Source of the DNA: Fistulifera solaris
Lineage: Eukaryota
Assembly (NCBI GenBank): GCA_030295235.1
Contig: AP026137.1
Span: 186,001 to 250,000 of the forward strand
Reading direction: 5' to 3'
Length of the DNA stretch: 64,000 nt
Positions 12,774-26,229 of this stretch are shown piece after piece; the stretch's first letter is position 1; every line of letters begins with the position of its first letter. Below the pieces are notes generated by a model. The model saw nothing but the letters and a program-made list of their open reading frames with translations, ran no database searches and had not been told where the DNA came from. Position numbers and translations under genes: made by a program.

Positions 12774-13925
12774 TCAAAGGATGATGCCTGCACCGATGAC
12801 CCCAACACCTCCGATGACGATCGACAACACTTCCAGTTTGAAACTGCTGCTGCCGCTTCCGTCGTCTGCCATCAACGAGGCCTTCACAGAGAAATCGGCT
12901 TTCTCCGTCAATTTTTCGTACTCTCCGTTTTCAAGACGACGACGTCCTGTGTAGGTGACGATGGCTTTTCCAGACATCTCAAGCTGCTGTGGGTCGCCGG
13001 TGTACACTGATCGAGGAAGAATGTGGTAAAACTGCAATTCCGTACCCGCGTTGTATAGATCACTGCCGGTCATTGCCGTGTCTTGTACCTCGCTGTCGAC
13101 TACAAGGTTTTCAACGGGTTGAACTCCAACAGCCATGCTTACTTGTTCAAAACCAACGAAAGAGTACGTCGGCGAGACAATGTCGAGAATGAACCAAATA
13201 GGGTCACCGGGGGCGAGGGGGTCGTTGCCTGCCCATGTACCCGTTACAGTTGTACCGGATTTCTCACCATCTGAGCCGCCGACGCTGACAGTGCTGTCTG
13301 TCATGCCTGCATTAATGGTAAACGTGGATAGGATGGGGGTCACGCGGAAATCGAAGTTCTTGCGTTCAATTACGACTGCTTGTAGTGCCTCAGTAATCAT
13401 CATAATATCGGCTTGAATGCACACACCGAACTTGCCGTCAACGGCATGGTTCGAGGCGCCCCACGCCGACACTGCAAGTTCCAAGTCGACGGTATTGAGA
13501 GCAGTCAAATGGCCATCCGTATCGTAGGAAGTTTTGACAGTCACTGCTCCGTCTCCCGGAGTAAGGCAGCCGGGAGCGAGGATGGTGAACTCGTAGTATT
13601 TGGTTTCTGCAGCGGGGTTGGGTCCTGGGTTGTTCGAAATGTCAACATTGGTACCGGCAGTGCCTGCGATTTGGATATGGTTCAAACTCCCGGTTTCATC
13701 AGTGCTGCCTTCACCGACGTTGAACTCAGTGAGTACATCGTTGACATCTCCAATCTACAGAGAAAGTTTTTAGTAGAATGCACAAACTAGCAGCTCGAGC
13801 AATCAAAGCAAATCTCATGTTTGAGGAACGAATGCACAACTTACACTTAAGGTCGGAGGTGCGGCTGCATTGCCGATGTGTATGTGTATGATCAATATGA
13901 ACAAACACGGTAAAAATTGCATCAT
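12774..13925 (-). CDS. Secreted beta-rich surface protein with RRL site and C-terminal anchor (family member 1)
   Basis: Exon 13925..13845 encodes signal MMQFLPCLFILIIHIHIGNAAAPPTLS; intron 13844..13755; exon 2 IGDVNDVLTEFNVG...TGRRRL...hydrophobic C-terminus. Paralogous to 21649, 23690, 34665, 36930. Confidence 0.85.
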
Positions 13926-14655
13926 AATAGACGAGCTGCGTTGTAAGAATGTGAACGAAGAGCGAAGGAAAAAATTTCCAGGCAGAGGGAAATGCTCACA
14001 ATTTTCTCCTCCCCCAGTAACTCCGCGCCTTCGCGTTGTTTCTGTTCTCTCGTAAAAAAAACAAAAATGGCTTTTCGCTCTGTGCCTTTCAACTGTACTC
14101 GGCCCGTATAGTCGTTCATTTGATGTAGCGCAAACAGTACACAGGGGAGGTCACTGGTCGCTGACAGAAATTTACAGTATAAGTTAATGTAGGACAGAAG
14201 ACCGGAGGAAAATCTAAGGTTACAACAGCTCTTTCGTCGGTTCGTAACTTGCACCTCCTTATCCCCACGACGGAAGACAACTAAGACTACCTGGAGCTAA
14301 GAGCTAAAAAGTTGTTGGTTCAAATTTGGTGTTTAAACACCAATAATTCCTGCTCTGAGCTCTGTGGGTCTGTCAGCTTTCATTTGAACGCAACGCACAC
14401 TAGTTTAACATTTCCGCAACGCATTACAGTAAGAAGTATGTCGTGGTTTGTGATGATGCGTCTTACACCTGTTTTGTGCTGTTGTCATGTTTCAAGGACG
14501 CCACGATTGTTAACATCGGTCCCATATTCTTCACGAGGCAGTCAACGCATGGTCGCATTGGCCCAGTGTTGCTTATTCTCTTTGCACAGTAAACCAATCA
14601 CGATGCATGGTGCGCCTTTAATTTCAAAGAGGCATGTACGCAAACCGCATCCACG

Positions 14656-17600
14656 TCATTCAAAGCTTTTCTCCATATTCAAAGTGGCTTCAATGGCGGT
14701 CGCTTTACCCTCTACGGCATTGAAAAGAGCATCACCAAGTTCCAAATCACCTCTTTCTAATGCCAAGTCAGCCTTTACCACGTCTCGAAACATTTCTAAT
14801 GACCACTGAACAAGTTTATCACGAAGATAATCTTCCAAGAAAATCCAAGCACCGTGAAACAAAGGCTTGAGAAGTGCTGGCGGAACCAGGATAATACGGA
14901 CTTGCATCTTGCAGCTGGTCGTAGAATCCGGAACAAATTCAACGTTTCCGCGATTCCGTAGCCCGTCGACAGACTCCCATTGAATACCTAGGTAAGGAAC
15001 GCGCCGTACCTCAGATTTTGCCCGCCATGATAAGGAAACTCCTCTCACGTTCATTCGCCATTCAGACATTTCACCCTGATATTCTACGCTTGTAATCCAA
15101 GGGCTCCACCTGGGCTGTTGTGGCAAATCAGTAAATCGAGCATGGGCAGTTTCCGCGCTGAATGGTAGGTGCAACGAAGCGACGATGCTGATTTCTTCGT
15201 TACGATTAGAAGAGATACCAGCTCGATAGTTATCTTCTTCTTTGTGCTCTTGTTGTAGCTGCAGGGATGAATCACAGAAATCTGGTAGCACCGTCCGCAC
15301 TTCGTCTAAATTCAAACCAAAGAGAGCACGCCCTAAGGATTGGATATTCAAAAATCCGTTCGCATTGACATAAGAGGCAAAGGGAGGGGAAAGTAAATCA
15401 GCTGACAAGATGGAGTAGGTGCTCAACCCGTGAGCCAAAGTTGGTGTATTATTGGGAAGTGCATCTATTTCTCCTGCCAAGAAAGCTGCGTGTGCCAATC
15501 CAAGCCCAGATTCCATGCAAGACGAAATGACGACGGGGATCTGCAATTCTTCTCGTGCTAAAGTTGCGATTCTGGTCGTTAGCGCAAAGCCTAAAACCGC
15601 CGGCTTGAGTACGAAGCAGGCGCAACCGCGTCTTGACCTCCCTTCAGTAAAAATTGTACGTAATTTCTCACGTATCTCCTGCCAATCTCTGCGATGGACC
15701 TGGACGAGATCCCCAATACTTTCATCCAAAGCATATGGAATAGAAGTTTGCAAATAAAATCGTTCCAAAGCTTCTATCTGTTGTTCCAAAGACCAAGTCG
15801 CGTCGTTTACTTTTCGCAGGGGCTCTTCAATGTACTCCAGCCGATCCCTTGCTTGCAATTCCCAGCCTTCTATAGCAGCAGCGAATTCAAGAGCTCCCTC
15901 TTCATCCCAAGCGCGATTTGCGTCGGCTCGTATTTTCCCAAGTGTAGAACGAAAACCTTGATGAATTGCTGCTTGGTCTTGCTCTAGGCTATCATGACCG
16001 ACTTTGATTTTGAGTGATGGCCATTTCTGCGTCTGAGGACTCAATGAACTTCTAGTTTGTAAACCGTTTAACGGTAATAGTCCTTTGCTCGACGGTAGTA
16101 TTCCATTGGCATGCCAAAGCAACGAGCGCAAGGCCATTTCCAAGCCACAGCGTACACTTATGTGCCAGGACACATCAAGATATTGTTCCCAAGTGTCGAG
16201 AAGAGCGTCAATGTCTTCCATGAGTGAAACAGAGGGTACATTTAATCTAAACCACTCTTGCAAGGTTTGAATTTGAACTTGAGCTTCCTCCAAAGATTCA
16301 GCGTGAACTCCTTTTAACGGGCTCACTTCTCCTAAGCCCACGTAATTGAATACACGCAGCTCTATTATCATGCCTGTTCGATTTTGCGTCGTAGAAGTCG
16401 CTGTAGCTGATGCGCCCCATCCAAGTCCCTGATTTCGATCGTTGAGCAACGGAATTGAGAAAATTTGATAATCTAAAGAGTCCACAATCAAATGTCCCTC
16501 ATGTTGACGAGCCGTAGGGATAGGTAGTTTCTTTGATCGCTCAGTGTCAGAGGAAGTAGTCGTGATGTTCACGTCTAATGGATCCGGTGTAATTGCGTCA
16601 GGTTTTTCAACCGAGATGGTCGCGCTGTTTTGAATGGCATCACGATTCAATGTACCATTGCACGAGAGAAACTCCGCCAGATGAAGGGCGACTGTCGTCG
16701 GTGCTTCCCAAAGCAATGCGTGTCCGCTTTCGGGGATAAGTGTCGCATTAGATTGCAGCGCATACTTAGAGTCCAGCTCACCAATTAGCAAGCAGTGTCG
16801 TCGGTCAAAATAACATTCGTCGCATCGGTGATTTTCTAAACGTCCAGGTGATGCTTCAGACAAAACTTGCGCTATTGAAGCCCCTGCACGTTGCAGTATC
16901 TCCGTCCGTCTTTCCAGTATCGCACGGTAGGTATCGGGTCTTCGTTCTTTCATATTGCCCCATATGGGAGCGCTGTACCAAGATTCCAAGAACTCTCCCC
17001 ACAATGTCGCCGGGTTTGTAGCCACCAGTTGCTGGTGAAAGATTCTTTGTAATTGCTGACTGAGTTTGTCGTCTCTGTGTGCCCGACCGGTATCGGCCGA
17101 AACAGGTTCAAGATTGCTACTTATTGTCGTAACTTGCGGAATCGAGTAAAGTCGTGATAATTCCAACCCGATTCGGCCTCCCAACGAATAGCCTGCCACG
17201 GCATGTATGTCCTTTAGCTGGTAGTCTTGTGCTAAGCAATCACCAATCCATTCTGCCATAGCGGAGACTGAGTAATTGAGACCGCTTGTGGTGGAATCAA
17301 TAGATTCAATTGAGGGTTCAACCTGAGAATGCCCTGGCAAATCAATCGAAACTATATTCCAGTTGTCTCCGATGTGCACCATTAACTTTTCAACGACATC
17401 GTCCCAATCTTCCTTGCAACCCATCCACCCATGCAGCAATAAAAGCGTTCTGTTGGCTTTGTTGGAAGTATATTGCTTTAGTGGCAGTATCCTTGGCCGA
17501 GTAGTGTAATCCATCCAAGAGTGTTCATTAACATGACTTTGAATTTTCCTCGTCAAATCACGGTGCAGTTGAACATTTTCGTCCCGCGATATTACCACAG

Positions 17601-20600
17601 CTTCTACCAACGTATTCACGTTCTGCTGCTCCCATTGATTCAACAAAGCCTCATACGATGCTACTTTCTTGTATTGTACGCCCAAACCCCGAGCTGTGGC
17701 TTCCCAATCGACATGCTGTGTAGGCGTACTAAAAAATTCTTCAAACGACACATCATGTTGTGCAACCGGTAGGAAAGAAAAAATCGCCCCGCCATTGTTG
17801 TTAACGATCAATGTGGAAAGTTTAGGAGCACTCGCAAACGCGAAAGAATTCGAATCATGCAATGCACTGACATCACCAATAATTAGTTGAGTCGGTTCAT
17901 CAGCGTTCAAGGCAAAACCTTGCGCGGTGGCGATAATACCGTCGATACCACTGACGCCACGGTTGGAGCCCGTGACAGTCATAGGAACTGATGCGATGAT
18001 TTCGCCGTAAGGATACAAAAACGACTCTGCGTCTCGTATTGGCATACTATTTGACAAGAACAAAGCTTGTTGAGGACTCTGCTGTGCTAAAGCAAGTATA
18101 ATTTGCGGCTCCGTCAATCGATCGGGCGATTGTTGCAACAAAAATTCCTTCATCACTGGCGCAAGTGTCCGGCTCCATGGAACTAATGGCGTTAATGCAC
18201 TGCTAATGCTTCCCTTAGGTAGTTCGGAAGTGCGACCAACAAGCGTCTCCAGAAAGAAGGCCAAATTTGGAGTGGAAATGCTATGCGTAACAGAATATTC
18301 CGGATCCACCCGCCGCCGGGGATTCGTTTGCAAAAGCACATGCTGTGCAGTTTCTTTCAAATACGAGGTAACGGTAGTGGAGAGTAAAGGAGCGCCAACT
18401 TGTAAGATGAAATCTGGCTGTAGGGCGTCGCGAACATTTGGGCACGCTAACAGATGTTCGGCAAACCACACGACAGCATGACTGGTGAATCTTAACGATG
18501 AGGAGGTAGCCACGATTGGGAATCCTATGGTTTGGGCTAATTGATCCAGGAGCGGATATACTTCGTCTTGTTGCGACGGTGGTATTTGTCCGACGACCAA
18601 TAAACCTCGACGTGAATTTTGTAGCCACTGAACCAAGTCTGCAGCAGCAACGTCGTTGTTTTGTGCGCGAGATGAGTGGCGCTGTATCAAGGGCTGTCCG
18701 GATCCACTCCACCGTGCAAATGCGGGTCCTTGCGTGAATCGTGTGGCATTGTATCTTTCTACGGCATCTCCGTCACCACCACGTACTGGACCACCTTCAG
18801 GAGCAAGGTTCTCTCTGAATTGAACATTGATATGCACGGGCTGCTGCTGTTCGAGTGCCATGTAATGAGCGTAATTGGCATCACTGAGCGCTGCGACAAC
18901 ATTCACTTCATCAGATGGTGGCAAGACATCCCTAAACCATGCGACTTTGTCCCCAAATAACTTTACTTGATCCATGGCCTGATTAGCTGCAATGTCGCGG
19001 TGTTCATAAGGACGATCGGCGGTGAGCACAATCATAGGAGAATCATCTTGATGAGCTTCCAGGACAGCGGGCAAAGATTGGCCACGGCAGTTCCACTGCT
19101 CGTCACAACCACTGCTGGTCGCCCACTGGCCTTGCCGTAACCAACTGCTCGGAACGCCGCAGCTCGTTCATCGTGACAACTAATAACTTTGAGAAAGGGA
19201 TGTTGACGTCGTGCCCATGCCCAAGCAACTGCCAACGGTGTCGATCGTGATCCAGGGCATATGAAGACCATATCAACACCACATCGTACGAACTCCTCGA
19301 CGACTGCTGTCGCCCACGCTGTATTGATATTGGGACAGGATTGCAAAGACAAGGGCGACGAGAACCAGCTTGCAACAACCTGGAACTTGGCAACGGTTTC
19401 GGCAAACTCTTCTCGTAGCGTACTGTTCAGGACCAACCCACTCCCAGCAGTTAGCAAGAGTTCTTGCTTTGGTCGCAGCACAGCGCTCCGGATACCTACT
19501 AGCAATTGACACTCTGTAGGAGATATATAACCAATCGGACCAGCATAATAATCCCGCGAGAAAGGTTCGACGCGTCGAATATAGTCACGGGCCATGTTCA
19601 AAGGAAGTCCACATACAGCAGGTGTCGGATGCAACTGTTCCAAGAGATTTCGAATCAATGTTGATGTGTTGTTCCACACCGGCGCTTGGTATGTACGGCA
19701 TATGTGTTGAAGATGCCTTGTTCGTCGAACAAAGGTTTGACTGGTAACAAATGGTCCAATCGATGGCTGTTGCCTGGAAAGAACTTCTTCGATGTACCGT
19801 GCGGTGCACGCATTCTCGTCCAAGTCTTTAGGACTATTCACCAACTCTTGCAGCAAATCAGCGTCTTCTTGCGGATGCGAGCCGCGGGGTCGAGTTCCAG
19901 CTAGGGCTTCTGTTGTAACGGTACAATTGTGTATGCGAAAAAGCTGTTCCGGAGTACACCCCACAAAGCACGAAGAGGATCTCGTCGATGTGATGATCGT
20001 ATTGTCGTCCTTTTTGTCCCACAGAGCCATAGCAAATAAGTTTCCTGTTCCGCTTTCTTGTTTCCAGCGGTGCAGCAAATCCACAACATGGAACGGATGT
20101 TTGAATTGTAGCAGCTGTTGTCGTGCCAGTACAACCTTTTGCAGATCGGAGTATTCTCCATTTTGATTTTCTTGCTGCATGAGTGCAATGGCTTCTTCCA
20201 CACCTTGCTCATACGCATCAATCGCCAAATCTGTTTTCGATACCACGGGTGGCAGTGGTGTTGAAATGCTTCCCACATCGTCCAAGTAACGTGTCTTGAT
20301 GCTTTGTGCGATGCGAGCCGCCTCTTCACGAGTTCCAGTTGTATGCAAAGCCAAAACTGTATGCGTTGCATTCTGTCTCCATTCCAACATGGGTAGAACC
20401 CATTGTGCCATGTCTCCATCAAACGTTTGTGCTCCGTACCATCTTGCGTGCGGAGGCAATTGCCGATGGTCGTCCCACAAAGCTGATGTGTGATCGACAG
20501 CCTGTTGAATGCCCCAAGCGACGATTTCTTCGGCATCTTCGGTAGCAGTTTGTAAATAGAAAAAATGTTGTTCTGGATCAAACTGTAATTGAGACTTTAA

Positions 20601-20999
20601 CCAAGGCAGCAGTTGTAGCCGCCTCGAGAAAGTTACTTCGAGACGATAAAGAGTATCGTTCTCGGATGATGAGGACAGTACATTCAAGGCGCGCTGCATC
20701 CATTGCCATGCCTCAAACCACGATGCAACAGTCATCGTAGTTGTTGTGTGAGAAGGAAACACATATGGATACACAATGTGAAATGGTGTAGTCGTTTGTG
20801 TTTTTTGTCGTCTTGTCGTTGACGAAGAGGCTTTCGAGAGTGTCGTTTGCGAGTCGTCGTTTGTTGTTATTGTGTTTCCGACCGCTTGTCTTGTTCGTGG
20901 AGGATAAGGACGATTGATAACAAAAGCTGTTACGTGATTTGTTGTTGTGGTCGTTATTGTGTGCCACACAAGAACGCAAACGAGTTGCCAGACCCACAT
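14656..20999 (-). CDS. PHYLLO: PHYLLO multifunctional phylloquinone biosynthesis protein (MenF-MenD-MenH-MenC) with C-terminal SRPBCC/START domain
   Basis: Leader MWVWQ...VTAF; MenF (KVVLAR, EALAGT, LHPTPAVCG, YAGPIG); MenD (CPGSRSTPL, DERAAAF, SSGTAVAN, TADRP, NRGVSGIDG, NNNGGAIF); MenH (LHGWMG, DLPGH, GYSLGG); MenC (KIKVG, DANRAW, EEP, LDES, LKP). One frameshift at an A-run near 19074 joins ORFs 19032..21098 and 14656..19074. Confidence 0.93.
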
Positions 21000-21648
21000 C
21001 CTTGCAAAATTGTGCTTTGTTGAAAAAAGCGACAGGATGTAGAGTACTCCGGAGTAGGAAAAGGAGCGAAACAACCGACGAAGCAAGAAAGGGTGCAATA
21101 AAAGTTCTTCAATGGTTAATTACCCAATAGCATTGTAGAGGAAGTCATTACGGAGTAATGAAGATGTATTATTGCGATGGAATAGAAAAGGAATGATGTT
21201 TGAGTTTTTTGTTTTGCGTTGGCTCGTTCGTTTCGTCGGCGTCGCAAGTTGAAGTCCGATGCGACAGTGGTTCATGACTTCTCTTGAATCAAGATAGCTC
21301 CCGAGTAGATCGTCATCAAAGACAGGTTGTTCCGTCGCCCGTCGACCGTCGACCAAAACCCGAAGCGCGAAGCTAAATTCGAACAATGACTGCGATGACT
21401 TAACGACTATAAAGTCAAAGAGAAGGGACATGTTCTGTGACAAGTGACACTTATAAAATACTTATGACCATTTCGTTCTCTCCTACGTAGTACGTATAGT
21501 ATTTGTACGAGGAAAGAATTCCTTTTTCCTTTCGTCGCAACAAAACGAAAAGCTGCAAGCAAGAAGCAAGGCTCGATCGTCGCCTCGCCGCCTCGTCGCT
21601 CGTCGTGAACAAACACTTTAACAAGATCACTTCAGGAAAACCAATACC

Positions 21649-22420
21649 ATGAAGCCGTCGCCTCTCTTTCTCATTTCATTCTTTTGTTTTCAAGAAAGTA
21701 GATACAATACATGTCATGCTGTATGGATGGATCCTTCCTTGCCGGAGCTCCCTCTCGATCAGTTCATGGACAAGACCAACACAATAAACACTAATCAACA
21801 CAATCCATTTGTTCTCCTGGCACCACGAGTGGGCCCGCCACCGCGTTATCAGGTGCGCTCATTATGAGATAAAAGCTTCAAGCTGTGCTGTTCGCCTAAC
21901 CTGTTTCTTTACTCGCAGATTGGGTCGATCGATAACGACAACACAGAATTCAATGTTGGAAATGGCTACACGGATGAATCACAAAGTCGCAACATTATTT
22001 CTATTCACGAAACATCGGGTACCAACCATGGGCTTACCAATGCGAATACAAGAGAGTCTCGTCGTGTTCCTGGAACACTGTATTATGACTTTATTGTTTT
22101 AGCACCGGGTTGTGAAAAGACCTGGCGAGGCGAGTGCGATTCAAATCAAAGGCCAATTTACAAGCTACGATTCCGTCAATGTTTCTCTGGAAATTTATCC
22201 ATGGCACGGGTCGATGCATGATAGCAATGGTAATCAAAGTGAATTTGGAATATGCCTGCAAGCCGATATTTACATTGTCGATGGTACCGGGACCCCGCAA
22301 CTCATTGAAAGCAAACATTTCGATTTCGATGTCACAGTGCTAGCTGCTTCATTTGCTTTTGAAAAGAATGATGATATCACTCTATCATCCGTCGCACAAT
22401 GGCCGCGGCTATGTGTATAA
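21649..22420 (+). CDS. Divergent short member of the RRL surface family (N-terminal domain only; possible pseudogene)
   Basis: Intron 21853..21918 at the family-conserved position, then IGSIDNDNTEFNVGNGYTDES...YYDFIVLAPGC, frameshift near 22115, ...FGICLQADIY...IESKHFDFDVT; ends without second domain or anchor. Confidence 0.65.
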
Positions 22421-23689
22421 AAATGCATCGGATATCGGTCTTACCTGATAAAGATGGAAGAAATACAATAATTTGACGTGTTCGTATGCATCTTTTATAT
22501 TTTTTCAACATTCATCTTAACACTCATAGTTTACATAATCGTTTTGACATAGTCATGGCCTATGACCATCTGCATCGTTACGCATGGACCTTCAATTCTC
22601 AATTGCTACAGCGTAACGACCTGACGCTATGCCGGTGTTATCAGAAATTCAACTAAACCCATCAACAGAGATCACCATTCGAAACGAGAAGGCCGGGCAG
22701 TCTTGGTGGTGACCGATTTCGAAGGAAAATTGTCGACTCATGCCGGGAGTGAAGTCACCGAAACGGTAGAGATGGTCTTTTCGTACCCTGACGATCACTT
22801 TAGGGAAAGCTTCTTAAATGTTCGGCCAGATCACAAACCATTTGCCCCATAGCTGAGTTACACCGGCTAGCGGTGATTCAAATGACGCGCCTCATCCTTT
22901 CAATCCGTTGACGTGAGTTTTGTTGACTACGAAGATTGATGAGTGAGGCCACATTTCGACAAACAATGTGCCACGATGGGAGTACAAAAGGCATGGCGAT
23001 GGCATGGACAAATGGCCGTTCGAGCTAAGCGAATAAAGGTACTGACCGTGTTCTTTCATGATGTTAATGGTTAATGAAGGATTTCCTATCCCTATGTACA
23101 ACAATTCGCTGACTGCGACGTGCCGACCATAATGCCGACTTTCGTGTTCCTTCTCCTTCACATTAGCACAAACCGAGTCATCGAAAACAAATTGTTCATT
23201 GTTCACATCCCATACACATTAACATGAACTTGAATGGAACAAGCAAGGAACAACGAACATACATCAAACGCGACCTCGAAACGCGGATGTATAAACGAGA
23301 ACGAAGGAAGAAGGAAAGAAGGGCGAAGCTATTTTAGTGTTGTGGCTGAAGATACAGGTTAACGCTATACATGAAAACGAAAAGTCTGCATCGAATGTTA
23401 CTATATTCTTTTGTGTAGCACCGTTTGGTCGGATTCTCTAGCTTCTCTTTGTCGTCGATTCCCTCGCTGCTTTATGTCATTCTTTCGCGAACTCTGGTCA
23501 CAAAAAGTGAGCAAAGGCAATCGAATGAATAAAGGCCCATTGTGGATGGTTATTCATTCAAAAAGACCGCATTCGGATTGGGGAAATGCTTTTATTGTTG
23601 GTCGATCATCATATTCTTTGTCTCACAAAATCCAAACTCGATCAAACGAAACGCAGTTTACAACAGACTAGCATAAACAAACACCGAAG

Positions 23690-24705
23690 ATGAAATTCCT
23701 CCTCTCCACTCTCGCCCTTCTCGGTTACGCCAACAAGGCTTATGCGCAACTTCCTCCCACCCTCACGGTATGTTTACAAACGAAATTGTTCTTTTTTGTT
23801 TGCGATTCGATTGACTACATCCGGTCGACCGAATAGTTTGTCGTTCGTCAAGTCCATACGCCCAACCCACCGCTGACTCACTCAATCCTTCTCCTTGCTT
23901 TCAGATCGGAGACGTCAGTGATTTAAACACAGAGTTCAACGTAGGCGAAGGCAACACTGATGAAACCACAAGCTTGAACCACATTCAGATCGCCAACACT
24001 GCCGGTACCGACGTTGAAATATCAAATAACCCAGGACCCAACCCGGCGGCCGGTACGAAGTACTATGAGTTCACTATCCTCGCTCCAGGATGCCTCGCTG
24101 CTGGAGACGGAGCCGTGACTGTGAAGACATCTTACGACCAAGACGGTCATTTGACGGCTCTTAATACCGTCGACATGGAAATCGCTGTTGCTCCTTGGGG
24201 TACATCGGTTCACGCCGTGGAGGGCAAGTTCGGCGTATGCATTCAAGCCGACATCATGATGATCAACGCGGCCGAAGAGGCCGTCGTGTTGGAACGCAAG
24301 CACTTTGATTTCCGCGTGACACCCATCCTTTCGACCTTCACCGTCAGTTCGGATATCGAGAATAACGCCGTCGATGTGGGCGGCTCAACCACCGAGCAAT
24401 CCGGTACAACGGTCACGGGAACATGGGAAGGCACCAACCCTTTACCACCCGGTGAGCCCATCTGGTTCAGTCTCGCCGTCGATGATCAGGATTACAACTT
24501 TGTGGAATTCGAAACCGTCACCATGAAGATCGGCGCGGGAGCGGCCACTAACCTCATCACTGCCACAGTTCCCGTTGATTCGGCTTTGACCAGCTTTGAG
24601 TTGGGAGCTACCCCCAAAACGATCAATTTCTACCACATTCTTCCGCGTTCGGCCTTTGGAGCCACATCGCAAACTCTCACCATTGAACGCGTATTTGTGC
24701 ATTGA
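23690..24705 (+). CDS. RRL surface family member, 3'-truncated near-identical paralog of 36930..38138
   Basis: Exon 23690..23767 (MKFLLSTLALLGYANKAYAQLPPTLT), intron 23768..23904. Similarity to the 36930 copy stops abruptly near 24683 after SQTLT. Confidence 0.8.
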
Positions 24706-25392
24706 GTTGTGACGAGGATAGCAGAAAATCATTCTGACACACGCGGTGCTTCAAAGCCAGACAATAAAATTTCGTTTATGTGGGCGTTTCTCTTTTGTAT
24801 GGAAATTGCTGTGGAGTGAACAATTCCTTACCGTGAGTTTTCTGGAATGAATCGTGCGAATGGGCCGTGCGACGACGCGCGTGAAGGTCGCACTTTTCGT
24901 GTTGCGGATAACGAATGTACGAATTGCGGTGACAATGTGTTTTATGCGCAGCGGTACCTGTCTATGCTTCGACCGTTACAAAAAGTCTATGTTTTTGCTT
25001 TAAAATTTAGTTAATATCGACGAAACTAGCAAAAGTAAAATTATACATCGCAATAACTTTTTAAAAGCTATCGATTGATGTAATTTTTATCAAAATCGAA
25101 GAAATTTTTTTTCGTTGGAACCCAGATCCTAGCAATTTTCGGCACCCCAAATTCGCCGGACCGGGTCTTAAAAAATGAAAAATGCGGACGGTACCGGTAC
25201 GAGCCGTACCTGGTTGTTTCGCCTTTTTACCTCGACACCATGACCGCATTAATTTTTGAGAACGCGTTATAATGTTGCAAAATTTGCCACAAGTCGATTA
25301 TTTGATCTCAATCAAGCACTCTATTCAGCATTCCGTCGCGACCGAACGGCACCAATACGTCCTTTATTGACATAGACTGTAGGCGCATTACC

Positions 25393-26229
25393 ATGGCAGT
25401 TTCAAGTCGAGATCCGTCGTCGCCGACTTCCAACAGTTCATCATCGCTCACCAAATTGTTGATGCTGGGAATTGTCATTTGTTTCGTCATTAGTGCCATT
25501 GTCAATCTGCAACACGTGTATCAAGAAGAAGAGGCTTTGTATGCCTTGAAAACGGATCTGCAAAATTTTGCGGTGGCGGATAAAGCAATGGACAAAATCG
25601 TTGACAGTCTCGTCCCGGAGTTTGACGGGCATGCCTACGAAAAATCGGATCGAAACGAACCACAAAATGCCGAACCACCCGAGCGGAGATTAGCGCACTT
25701 ATCTTGTGCCGCTTACGGCGGACCTGCGGATGAATTTGCACAGGAGATGGTTTATTGGCAAAATATCAGCTCCGATGAACGATTTGTGAGCCCCTTTACT
25801 CCTCCGAAAGGTCAACCTCGTAAATATATGACATTTGAACCCGATGGAGGGGGCTGGAACAATATTCGAATGTAAGATCTTTGACGGAGTGTTTGACGCA
25901 TACGAGATATGCTTTGTGAGAATCTCGTGCATGACATGTAACTCACTTGATCCTTCATCTCCCCTACAGGGCAATGTAAGTGTTACATACGACTCTCCGT
26001 GATGATCAATTTGATGCTTCGTCCAAAGCATAGACACAGGATGTATATTCCAATCCTATTCTCACTTCGTTTCTTGCTATTTCATACAAAAGGGAAACGG
26101 TTCTTGGTCTAGGTGTGTATTCCCAACATTCATCTCCTTCCTAATTAACATCTTTCCATGATTCTGACGTTTTATCCTGACAGCTATCGCCATGGGTCGA
26201 ACATTGGTGTTACCTCCGGAGCAGCGCAT
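25393..26229 (+). pseudogene. GDP-fucose protein O-fucosyltransferase-like gene, 5' part only, with micro-exons
   Basis: Type II TM anchor. Exons 25393-25871, 25970-25975, 26093-26112, 26184-26229 splice to YMTFEPDGGGWNNIRMAMETVLGLAIAMGRTLVLPPEQR(M), the O-FucT N-terminal motif. No continuation found downstream. Confidence 0.7.
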
